NCBI RefSeq assembly: GCF_003231495.1
Contig: NZ_PQWO01000013.1
Location: forward strand, 60,001 to 92,000
Direction: 5' to 3'
Source of the DNA: Acaryochloris thomasi RCC1774
GTDB taxonomy: Bacteria > Cyanobacteriota > Cyanobacteriia > Thermosynechococcales > Thermosynechococcaceae
Length of the DNA: 32,000 bases
Positions 25,401 through 32,000 of this stretch are shown here, one piece after another; position 1 is the stretch's first letter; each line of letters opens with the position of its first letter. The notes below the pieces were generated by a model. The model saw only the letters and a program-made list of their open reading frames with translations, made no database searches and was not told the DNA's origin. A program made the translations under genes and the position numbers.

Positions 25401-25602
25401 GCAAACCCGGAATGTTCAGGTCCATAAGTTTGTCTGCAATGGCACACTAGAGGAGCGCATTCATGAGCAGATTGAGAGCAAGAAAGCTCTTGCCGAGCAG
25501 GTTGTTGGCGCTGGCGAAAATTGGCTAACAGAACTCGATACCGATCAGCTTAGGAACTTACTATTGCTTGATCGCAGCGCCGTGATTGATGAAGAAGCTT
25601 AG
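22414..25602 (+). CDS. SNF2-family helicase/ATPase with long N-terminal SNF2-associated region (1062 aa)
   Basis: Motif I is LADDMGLGKT, motif II is VLDEAQNIKN, and motif VI is QATDRVFRIGQ. The N-terminus MAILHGNWLP...LFLWGETWR is typical of bacterial long SNF2 proteins as I recall them. Confidence 0.93.
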   Translation: MAILHGNWLPAAQQGYDSVAETGSLFLWGETWRRATPIEKPSQVTPHALAMTAVELAAHLVEQLEEWKLAQAVKDAIANPPKKPRKTKKPGPVYWGNQTVSLLAQWEENNPTVCHSTVPITESVDLALQPVQITGLHLSLPEAIAFLNALPLNPGRVTEQSLGDDLIYWTHTLRWGLDLLARGKFLPALSPVKGKTYVAHWRPLFDSAADQARHRQFAARMPSACRFYQEPSSDAQIDLPPEPDQILTHFLQQVVGYQVRGTIDPELEKTLDKAGLDPLLQEWIKSLGPEVTPLNKGGDRLEVALREWTAPLQQSLQQDFRPCFHLQTPSSGRNDWKLEYWLQAIDDASFLISAEVVWSTPTEQLDYLGRTIDRPQETLLVGLGLASRVYPILEESLESARPTGTSLTPAQAYEFIKAAVWRLEDSGFGVILPPSLANREGLANRLGLQVKAQAQDPSRGGPIGLESLLKFGWELAIGGQTLSKAEFDRLVAQDSPLVEINGEWVELRSQDIRAAQAFFESRQDQTGLSLQDALRISTGDTLTLDKLPVVNFESSGPLQALLNTLSGNQTLEAAETPEKFKGELRPYQARGVGWLEFLEQWGLGACLADDMGLGKTIQFIAFMLALKEKDRLNGPALLICPTSVLGNWEREVKKFGPSIKVMVHHGTDRDQGTTFARTVKKHDLVVTSYPLVYRDEKSLKKVDWWGIVLDEAQNIKNSEARQSKAVRELQAHCRIALTGTPVENRLTELWSILDFLNPGYLGPKPFFKRRFATPIEKYGDTASLQTLRSLVQPFILRRTKSDRDIIQDLPDKQEMIVFCSLSPGQADLYEKVVQDSLDAVEAAEGIQRHGLILSTLVKLKQICNHPAQFLKDDSLEDHRSGKLHRLDEMLEEVLDEGDRALIFTQFAEWGKLLQQHLQRKTGKETLLLYGGTSKKKREEMIDRFQHDPQGPRLFILSLKAGGVGLNLTRANHVFHFDRWWNPAVENQATDRVFRIGQTRNVQVHKFVCNGTLEERIHEQIESKKALAEQVVGAGENWLTELDTDQLRNLLLLDRSAVIDEEA

Positions 25603-25641
25603 GCAACGGGTAGCTGTCGCCAACTAGCCAATATTCCGCAT

Positions 25642-26157
25642 CTAGAAGATATCTTTGCCCGTCAGTTCTGCTTCCATTTTGTCAGCGATCGCCAGCGTCG
25701 CCATCATTAGTTTTAAAAGCTGAGACGCTGGCAAATCGGCATCGACCTTCATCGTAAAAACGCCGTAGTGGGTTTTCTTGCTATCCAGGACCGTTTGCCA
25801 ATTCCCGATCTTTTTCTTGTTGCTGTCCATTAATAATCGATTGGCAATCGCCTCGGGGAAAGCACCCGGTGAGCGATAGGCGGCAGAGTGGATTCTACGA
25901 ATTTCTAGGTCACCAAACTTCTGGGTTTCGGAGTTGATAAAGACATGCTGTTTGCGCTTATTTTGCAGCGTCACCGAAACCTTGAATTGACCGCTATCAC
26001 CAAGAATTACATAGGGCATTCCAGCTTCATCGAGAGCTTGCTTGACACGCGGATCGCCTTTTTCGGAAACTGTTTGAGCGATCGCAACCGGTGTTGTTGC
26101 CATCAGAGCGAATATCACCGTTAGAGATGCTGAGATAATCGAGCGATTCATAATCAA
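25642..26157 (-). CDS. Secreted/periplasmic hypothetical protein (possibly YbjN-like fold)
   Basis: A signal-peptide-like N-terminus MIMNRSIISASLTVIFALMATTPVAIA|Q is present. The fold assignment rests only on a loose resemblance and is uncertain. Confidence 0.55.
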   Translation of the reverse strand: MIMNRSIISASLTVIFALMATTPVAIAQTVSEKGDPRVKQALDEAGMPYVILGDSGQFKVSVTLQNKRKQHVFINSETQKFGDLEIRRIHSAAYRSPGAFPEAIANRLLMDSNKKKIGNWQTVLDSKKTHYGVFTMKVDADLPASQLLKLMMATLAIADKMEAELTGKDIF

Positions 26158-26265
26158 GTTATTTCCTGACGATAGCCTTTAATTTGATCGCTATCGTAGA
26201 GTCATCTGCTAGGGGCTACTCCCCTGTTACTAAAACTGAAACCCATCTCATTTCTTGCCGTTGAT

Positions 26266-27099
26266 TCAACTTTCCCAACTTGATTCTGCCAGCCTTGTAC
26301 CCTTAACTTTTGTAGCCAGCCCCAATTTTTTTAGTAGCCGAATAGTCAGCCAAACAAGATCCACTTCCCACCATCGGCACCCGAACTGTGCCGAGGACTG
26401 ATCCGCATGATGATTGTTGTGCCACCCTTCACCAAAGGTTAACAGCGCAACCCACCAACAGTTTGTAGAGCGATCACCCACCTCATAGTGCCGGTAGCCA
26501 AACTTATGACAGGCGCTGTTGACAAAGCAAGTGCCGTGAAAACCAATTAGTAAACGAACGAAGAGACCCCATACGATAAAAGGCATTCCCCCCAGCCCAT
26601 AGAGAAGGACCGCCAGCGCAGCCTGGAGCGCAATATAGTGCCGATGGCAAAATTCATAGAATGGGTCGCCTGTAATATCTTGGGTAAACCGAGAGAGTTC
26701 TGTTTGAGTCGGCACCTCATGCATCAGCCAGCTCACATGGCTCCACCAAAACCCCTGAGTTGAATCATGGGGATCACCAAGGCAATCGGCGTAGAGATGG
26801 TGCATTCGGTGGTAGCCCACCCAGCCTTTGACACCGCCCTGAAAAGCTAAAGTGCCACACAAGATGAAGAAATACTCTAACCATTTAGGGACTTTGAAGC
26901 TGCGATGGGTTGCTAACCGATGAAACCCTAAAGAAATACCTAGACCCACCGTGAGGCAGTGCAGGAAGAGCGCCACGCCAACGGCTTGCCAGCTGAAATT
27001 AGCGGGAAGAAATGCCAATAGTAAGCCGAGATGAAGCATCAGTGTGGAGATAATCACGTTCCAGCGGGGACGGGGTGGGGTTAAAGAACGATTAATCAT
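26266..27099 (-). CDS. desC: Membrane fatty-acid (acyl-lipid/acyl-CoA) delta-9-type desaturase
   Basis: Three His boxes are present: HRLATHRS, HRMHH and HNNHH. The ATG at 27099 is preceded by GGAGAA 7 nt upstream, so I prefer it to the 27138 start. The symbol is assigned by family analogy only. Confidence 0.88.
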   Translation of the reverse strand: MINRSLTPPRPRWNVIISTLMLHLGLLLAFLPANFSWQAVGVALFLHCLTVGLGISLGFHRLATHRSFKVPKWLEYFFILCGTLAFQGGVKGWVGYHRMHHLYADCLGDPHDSTQGFWWSHVSWLMHEVPTQTELSRFTQDITGDPFYEFCHRHYIALQAALAVLLYGLGGMPFIVWGLFVRLLIGFHGTCFVNSACHKFGYRHYEVGDRSTNCWWVALLTFGEGWHNNHHADQSSAQFGCRWWEVDLVWLTIRLLKKLGLATKVKGTRLAESSWES

Positions 27100-27157
27100 G
27101 CAGATTTCTCCACGCGAGACAGAACTGCATGAGTGCATCCCTTTTTTTTAAGTTGCA

Positions 27158-27625
27158 TTAGTTTTTGCGTGCTTTTTCATAATTGAGTGGTGCTGCGGGA
27201 GGGTGAAATTCTGCCCAACGTCGCTGCACCTGGCTGTGACAGTCTCTCGGGGAAATTTTTAGCCGTTGCAGCAGGTTGATGTGGACAGCGCCATTACCGA
27301 GAATTGAGATCGCAACAGTCTCAGCCGGGTTATAAGTTGAGACCGCAGCCAGCAGCGCGGTGACGGCCTCTGTCTCTAGTTCAAATGCCTGTAGATATTG
27401 TTTGATCTCTGCTTGGGGAATAAAGGCCTGATCGAAAGCCACCGTCTCCACGCTCCAATCAATAGAAGGTGAAATGACGTCGGCAATCTCGCAAACGACT
27501 AGCCCCCGCCCTGCCTTGAGATAACCATTCCAGGCCGTGTGGCCGATCATCAAAAGATGCTGATGAATAAACAGGCTCTGCCAGTAACCAAAGGTGCCCT
27601 GCCAAGCGCTATTTTGTATTCGCAT
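27158..27625 (-). CDS. Hypothetical protein (155 aa), unknown family
   Basis: A clean ORF with GGAAGG 6 nt upstream of the ATG at 27625. It is 58 nt upstream of the desaturase start on the same strand. Confidence 0.65.
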   Translation of the reverse strand: MRIQNSAWQGTFGYWQSLFIHQHLLMIGHTAWNGYLKAGRGLVVCEIADVISPSIDWSVETVAFDQAFIPQAEIKQYLQAFELETEAVTALLAAVSTYNPAETVAISILGNGAVHINLLQRLKISPRDCHSQVQRRWAEFHPPAAPLNYEKARKN

Positions 27626-27740
27626 AGACCGCCTTCCGCAACGCGAAGAATTGATAGCGATGGTTCATTAGGAAACAGAGCGTAATGCTCCCAGTCGTCA
27701 GGACTGCACAAAACAGTCCCCAGACAAAAAGTAAATTCAT
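27609..27740 (-). CDS. Possible small single-TM protein (43 aa)
   Basis: An internal ATG gives MNLLFVWGLFCAVLTTGSITLCFLMNHRYQFFALRKAVYANTK. The ORF overlaps the next gene's start by 17 nt. There is no other support. Confidence 0.25.
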   Translation of the reverse strand: MNLLFVWGLFCAVLTTGSITLCFLMNHRYQFFALRKAVYANTK

Positions 27741-27853
27741 GAAGATAAAGCGTAATTCAGATGTTTTAGCGACAAGTAATTCAACGAGATCGCAAAGGCA
27801 ACCCCAGTTGAACAGAGACAGAATGAAATTAGTCTTCAATCAAACAGAATGAT

Positions 27854-28421
27854 TTAGCGCAAAGTCCGCTGCAGAGTGCGTTGATAGCTCAAGACAAAGG
27901 CTGTGTGAGCAGCAAACAGTGCGATCGCCCAAAGCACCTCTCGCCACAGCATTCGCAGTAACACATCAGCCGTAAGACCGTGCATCCCCACCCATTGATT
28001 GACCAGCAGAGTGCCGCTTTGATAAAGACAAAAACCGAGCAACAATGAAATGCCTAGCCACAGACTTTGCCCTATCCAGCTACGGCGGCTAAATTGCGGC
28101 TGTATGGAAGCAATCAAAGCAACTGCAATCGTTCCCAGCCCCATAGACACACCCCACAGAAGTGAGATCGCACTGAGAGGATATTGCCGAAGGGTGAAAC
28201 CCAAAAATTGGTTGATGAACCAAATCAGTCCAACAGAGACAATGGCTTGCCTGCGGTCGAGGGTGACTCCCGCCAGCGTGGCAAAACTGACAAAAGGGGC
28301 ATGAGGGTAGGCAAGGCTGCTGGCGCTACCGGCAGCAAGTAAGCCATATTGCCACAGTCTGCTTGTGGTGACGGCTTGGTACCTCGTTTCCCAATTGAAC
28401 GCGAAAAAAGCGATTAGACAT
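27854..28421 (-). CDS. Polytopic membrane protein whose SD+ATG (28421) and 189-codon body are in different frames, joined across a T6 run (28404-28409): frameshifted gene, homopolymer error or slippage site
   Basis: GAGG lies 8 nt upstream of the ATG at 28421-19. That frame reads MSNRFF and then stops after 31 codons. The body frame is open from 28420 to the stop at 27854 but has no ATG/GTG/TTG before 28204. Removing one T from the run gives MSNRFFAFNWETRYQAVTTSRLWQYGLLAAGSASSLAYPHAPFVSFATLAGV... Confidence 0.6.
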
Positions 28422-28810
28422 TATCTGTACCTCGCAGATAAAAGTGAGTATGAAATGATCGGCGGGCATTCTGACTTAGAGGCCAAAGCCTCATTACAGT
28501 TGCGGGACAGTGACGGACTTGCACCGAACTTTCCCCGTTTCCTCTAACGGCTGGACCCCGTTAGAACCAAATCTATGAAATTGTTACTGAATAGTATCAC
28601 AATATTGACCGACAGAGCATTTGAGCAGAAAGCCGAATATCTCTGGGGCAACTCCTTCTAAGTTCCGATAGCTTAACAAATAGCGGCAATAACATTGCAT
28701 ATCGAAAAAAATGATCTTGGCTTAGAAGTGATGCCACTTAAATAGTTCCGTAGGGTACCTGATTATCAGGCAGACTCTCTAGATTACAACCACTACTAAT
28801 CGAACCCAAT

Positions 28811-29539
28811 CTAACCTGATTTCACTTCAAGCTTATCCAGCAGCCGATCGATACTAGAACGGATATTATGAAGCAAATAGAGATCTTCATATCCGAGGCG
28901 GGCTAGCCCCTTAATCACGTAGTCTTGATTGCGCTTTGACAAGCCGATTCGCTCCATCAATCGCAAGGAGGAAGATTTGAGATTGGCATACTCTAAGAGC
29001 GGCATCTCTTGGCTGTTGATTCGGTAGTCTTCAGTCTGAATAAGAGTCTGTACTTCCGAAAGCGCGAAGCAGTAAACCATCACAGCTTGGGCAAGATTGA
29101 GCGATGGCTGCGGCCTGTATTGAGGAATTGTAGTGAGTAGATCACAATGCTCAAGATCACCACGACTGAGACCAGATGTTTCCCCGCCGAAGACCAAGGC
29201 AACGCTCTTTACGCTATCAGCTTTCCCATTGAGGTGCTGAGGTAGTTCTCGAACAGAGAGATAGGTGTACTTTTGCAGCCGATGCCGGGTGGTGGTGGCG
29301 CAGGAAAAATCAGTCCCCTCCAGAGCTGAAGCTAAATCATCATAGATTTTGGCTGTTTCTAGGATCTGCTCGGATCCATGGGCGAGGGCTTTTGCTTTAC
29401 CGCTTAGCGGATCGGCCTTGGGGCGCACCAACCGTAAATCAGAATACCCCATTGTGTTCATCGCTCGGGCTGCAGCTCCGATGTTGCTATCGTTTTCGGG
29501 GTCAACGAGAACGAACGAAATTTTTTGCAGGTCAACCAT
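28811..29539 (-). CDS. trmJ: SpoU/TrmH-family RNA 2'-O-methyltransferase, TrmJ-like (242 aa)
   Basis: From the ATG at 29539 it reads MVDLQKISFVLVDPENDSNIGAAARAMNTMGYSDLRLVRP...VALVFGGETSGLSRGDLEHCD...IPQYRPQPSLNLAQAVMVYCFAL. This is collinear with E. coli TrmJ motifs and includes a C-terminal extension. Confidence 0.85.
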   Translation of the reverse strand: MVDLQKISFVLVDPENDSNIGAAARAMNTMGYSDLRLVRPKADPLSGKAKALAHGSEQILETAKIYDDLASALEGTDFSCATTTRHRLQKYTYLSVRELPQHLNGKADSVKSVALVFGGETSGLSRGDLEHCDLLTTIPQYRPQPSLNLAQAVMVYCFALSEVQTLIQTEDYRINSQEMPLLEYANLKSSSLRLMERIGLSKRNQDYVIKGLARLGYEDLYLLHNIRSSIDRLLDKLEVKSG

Positions 29540-29685
29540 TCCAAGATATTCAAAAGGTCTTTCCTTGCCATTATCTCTGAGACTTGCGGCGTAACCCTCT
29601 AGTCTGAAGAATGACGGCAACAGCTCCTGTGGAGACATTATGCCATCTATGATGGGTCGTGAATACACGCTCGATCGCGACAAAA

Positions 29686-30483
29686 ATGTCAGATTGGAAT
29701 GCCCAGGACTACGAAAAAAATTCATCTGCCCAGCAAAAATGGGCACAGGAACTGATTGCCAAGCTGAACTTGAAAGGCCATGAACATATCCTTGATCTGG
29801 GCTGCGGAGACGGCAAAGTTACGGCGGAGTTGGCCCGTTGCGTACCGGGCGGTTTAGTGCTCGGTGTTGATCAGTCAGAAGCCATGATTAATTTGGCCCA
29901 AGCCCGTTATCCAAAAGCTCAGTCTGCGAACCTGAGCTTTCAGCAAATGGATGCCCGTCAGCTCACTTTTCAGAATGAATTTGATGTTGCGTTCTCTAAT
30001 GCCACTTTGCACTGGGTTGATCATCACGTTTCTGTCCTGAATGGGCTTGCTGCAGGACTACGCTCTCAGGGCCGGATCTTGTTACAGATGGGCGGGCAAG
30101 GGAATGCCTTAGGCATTATTCAGGCTTTCGAGACCGTAATGCGACAGTCTCAATGGCACAAATATTTCGAAGATTTTACGTTCCCTTACTTTTTTAACAG
30201 TCCTGTCGATTATCAAAACTGGCTCCCGACCACAGGCTTTGCTCCTCTGCGAGTGGAGTTGATTCCTAAAGATATGACGCACTCTAATTCCGAAGCGTTA
30301 GCCGGATGGATTCGCACCACTTGGTTCCCCTACATTCAATGCGTTCCGAAGGAAAGAGCAGAGGTCTTCGTGACAGAGGTTGTGGAGCAATATTTACAAG
30401 AGCATCCGATCAGAACTGGTGGGTTGACGCATGTTGCCATGATGCGTCTAGAAGTAGAGGCACAAAAGACTAAAGCCTCATAA
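29686..30483 (+). CDS. Class I SAM-dependent methyltransferase (trans-aconitate methyltransferase-like)
   Basis: It reads MSDWNAQDYEKNSSAQQKWAQELI...ILDLGCGDGKVTAELA (motif I), then FDVAFSNATLHWV. I prefer the ATG at 29686 over the GTG at 29659. Confidence 0.85.
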   Translation: MSDWNAQDYEKNSSAQQKWAQELIAKLNLKGHEHILDLGCGDGKVTAELARCVPGGLVLGVDQSEAMINLAQARYPKAQSANLSFQQMDARQLTFQNEFDVAFSNATLHWVDHHVSVLNGLAAGLRSQGRILLQMGGQGNALGIIQAFETVMRQSQWHKYFEDFTFPYFFNSPVDYQNWLPTTGFAPLRVELIPKDMTHSNSEALAGWIRTTWFPYIQCVPKERAEVFVTEVVEQYLQEHPIRTGGLTHVAMMRLEVEAQKTKAS

Positions 30484-30546
30484 GAATTGTCCTACAAAGC
30501 TGGTTGTATCAATTCCGGGTCGTTGACAAGCTATATGAATGGAGCG

Positions 30547-31092
30547 TTACTGACCTGCACCACCAAATCCGCCGAGCAGAGAACCGAGCTCGGAATTTGA
30601 CTTCAGCAGTTTTTGCATCGCTCGAGCATCCAGCGTCAGTGTCGGGACCGGATAGGCCTCTAAAAAGCTTAAAACGCCCAATCCCTCTTCAGACCCAGCG
30701 GCTAGAACCAACCCACTGCGCATGGCTAACTCTTCCGCATCTCCGGGCAAGACTGTGACTTGAGCCACCTGAGGCAGTAGCTGGGCACCTGGCCCAGAGC
30801 GCAAAAGCCTATCCACCTGAACCGCTTCAAAGGGAAGCTTGACGTTGAGACCTTTTTGCAGTGACTCTCGCTGCTCAGATTTGACAACGCTTAAGACAGA
30901 AGCTAACTGAGGAGAAGCCTTTGCAGTTTCTGCATATGCTCGTAAATCGGCCACAGAAACCGTGCGGCCAAAGGGACCAAATTTGATGGTGACCTGCTCA
31001 GCCGCCTGACTTGGGGCGCTCATTAAACTGCAGCCTACAATCGTCAGAAAACCAGCCAGTCCCGAGACAGTATGACGGAAAGAGTGCAGCAT
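30547..31092 (-). CDS. DUF1400-like cyanobacterial protein with signal peptide
   Basis: The signal-like N-terminus is followed by AEQVTIKFGPFGRTVSVADLRAYAETAKASPQLASVL, which resembles the DUF1400 pattern as I remember it. Confidence 0.7.
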   Translation of the reverse strand: MLHSFRHTVSGLAGFLTIVGCSLMSAPSQAAEQVTIKFGPFGRTVSVADLRAYAETAKASPQLASVLSVVKSEQRESLQKGLNVKLPFEAVQVDRLLRSGPGAQLLPQVAQVTVLPGDAEELAMRSGLVLAAGSEEGLGVLSFLEAYPVPTLTLDARAMQKLLKSNSELGSLLGGFGGAGQ

Positions 31093-31155
31093 GAAGTCTT
31101 ATCCTTGTTGATTGAGGAAACGGTAAATTGAACGCTAAATGGGGCTAATCGTTGC

Positions 31156-32000
31156 TCAAGTATGCAGGAAGGTTGCCATTCGATCAACGGCGATTTTAAG
31201 GGTGTCGGGGTCGTGAACTAGGGCAAAGCGAACATAGCCTTCTCCCGATTGACCAAAGCCCGCTCCCGGAGAAGCTGCGACTCCGGTTTGGGCCACCAAC
31301 TGCTTACAGAATTCGACTGAATTTTGCTGCCAAGGTTCCGGTAGGGGTGCCCAGACGTACATGGTAGCTGCAGGTGTTGTGACGGACCATCCGATGTCCT
31401 TGAGCGCTTCTATGAAAACATCTCGGCGTTCTTTGAAAATGCCGACGAGCCGGGCAACGCTTTCTTGAGAACTGGTAAGGGCTTTGCTGGCACCGTTGAG
31501 GATACCGAGGTATTGGTTGAAGTCTACTACGGCTTTGATTTGCCGTAGGGCTTTGATCAGTTGGGCATTGCCGATGGCGTAACCGACCCGAAAGCCACCC
31601 ATACTGTAAGACTTTGACATCGTGAAAAATTCGATGGACCGTTTACGCTCTCGATCGGCTTGCAAAACCGACGGTGGTGTATGTCCGCAAAAGGCAATAT
31701 CGACGTAGGGAAAGTCGTGGACGAGGGCCAGATCGTGCTGATCACAGAATTCTAAGGCGGATTTGAAGAAAGGGAGAGTTGCGATCGCAGTTGTCGGATT
31801 GTGGGGATAGCTCAACACCATCATCCGAGCGCGGGCACAAACCTCTGCCGGAATATTCTCAAAAATTGGCAGAAACTCATGCTCAGCCAACAGCGGCATC
31901 CGGTACATTTCGCCCCCTGCCAAAGCCACCCCACCGACATGAGAGGGGTAGCCCGGATCCTGCAGGAGCGCGATATCCCCTGGATTGAGGATTGCTAGGG
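31156..32000 (-). CDS. Class I/II PLP-dependent aminotransferase (aspartate aminotransferase-like); 5' end outside window
   Basis: The frame stays open to the window edge (...LAILNPGDIALLQDPGYPSHVGGVALAGGEMY...). It contains YPHNPTT and the PLP-lysine context FTMSKSYSMGGFRVGY. Confidence 0.9.
   Translation of the reverse strand, partial: LAILNPGDIALLQDPGYPSHVGGVALAGGEMYRMPLLAEHEFLPIFENIPAEVCARARMMVLSYPHNPTTAIATLPFFKSALEFCDQHDLALVHDFPYVDIAFCGHTPPSVLQADRERKRSIEFFTMSKSYSMGGFRVGYAIGNAQLIKALRQIKAVVDFNQYLGILNGASKALTSSQESVARLVGIFKERRDVFIEALKDIGWSVTTPAATMYVWAPLPEPWQQNSVEFCKQLVAQTGVAASPGAGFGQSGEGYVRFALVHDPDTLKIAVDRMATFLHT

Larger units (their letters stand above)
2423..31788. repeat. Dispersed HIP1 palindromes (GCGATCGC), 23 exact copies counted by eye
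   Basis: Copies start at 2423, 2866, 3522, 5361, 7841, 10130, 10363, 10626, 10860, 13106, 13528, 13698, 15320, 16826, 21103, 22639, 23934, 24825, 25103, 25685, 26078, 27921 and 31781. There are also many one-off variants. Confidence 0.9.

Noticed and set aside
28365-28547. 60-aa plus-strand ORF in the AT-rich spacer
   Set aside because: It overlaps the SD/ATG and 5' end of the minus-strand membrane-protein gene. It has no RBS and no recognisable features.
28758-28770. Perfect 13-bp palindrome CCTGATTATCAGG downstream of the trmJ-like gene
   Set aside because: As an RNA hairpin the loop would be too small, and no T-run follows on either strand. It is a single occurrence with no adjacent promoter, so I cannot support a function.
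1-32000. Looked for CRISPR arrays, rRNA/tRNA genes, NtcA sites (GTA-N8-TAC) in the intergenic regions, and reverse transcriptase, toxin-antitoxin or phage-like genes
   Set aside because: I found no regularly spaced repeats, no GTA-N8-TAC match upstream of any gene, and no ORF with RT, integrase or phage structural motifs. The absence is based on visual inspection only.

Overview
The window looks like a cyanobacterial chromosomal segment. I counted 23 exact copies of the HIP1 octamer GCGATCGC by eye, against roughly one expected by chance. About 30 protein-coding genes are packed mostly on the minus strand. I found no rRNA, tRNA or CRISPR array. All calls come from motif recognition in the supplied ORF translations and hand inspection of the DNA; no searches were run.

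Recognisable housekeeping genes:
- glycogen phosphorylase (glgP) and PNPase (pnp)
- a class V and a class I/II aminotransferase
- a delta-9-type membrane desaturase
- a TrmJ-like RNA methyltransferase and two SAM-methyltransferase-like genes
- a 1062-aa SNF2-family helicase

Less ordinary content is interspersed among these:
1. A decayed ISAs1-family IS sits next to the 3' end of a radical SAM/SPASM gene and a start-less glutaredoxin-like ORF.
2. A tight three-gene unit encodes an FHA/Zn-ribbon protein, an FHA domain fused to a two-Rossmann flavoprotein, and a small membrane protein. It lies just downstream of glgP and an ATP-grasp gene that overlaps the glgP stop by 14 nt.
3. Three Uma2 (PD-(D/E)XK) nuclease genes occur within 4 kb. 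One follows an unassignable 303-aa gene whose promoter region carries a perfect match to the cyanobacterial LexA-box consensus.
4. An FHA domain is fused to a PrsW-type intramembrane protease.
5. A probable operon encodes a signal-peptide protein, a tail-anchored pseudo-orthocaspase (catalytic His replaced by Tyr) and a secreted 4-Cys protein. A secreted protein with an internal Cys-loop duplication lies nearby.
6. A membrane-protein gene has its SD and ATG in a different frame from the body, joined across a T6 run.

None of these is proven to be a new system. The best candidates for follow-up are the LexA-box/unknown/Uma2 module, the FHA-flavoprotein trio and the pseudo-orthocaspase unit.
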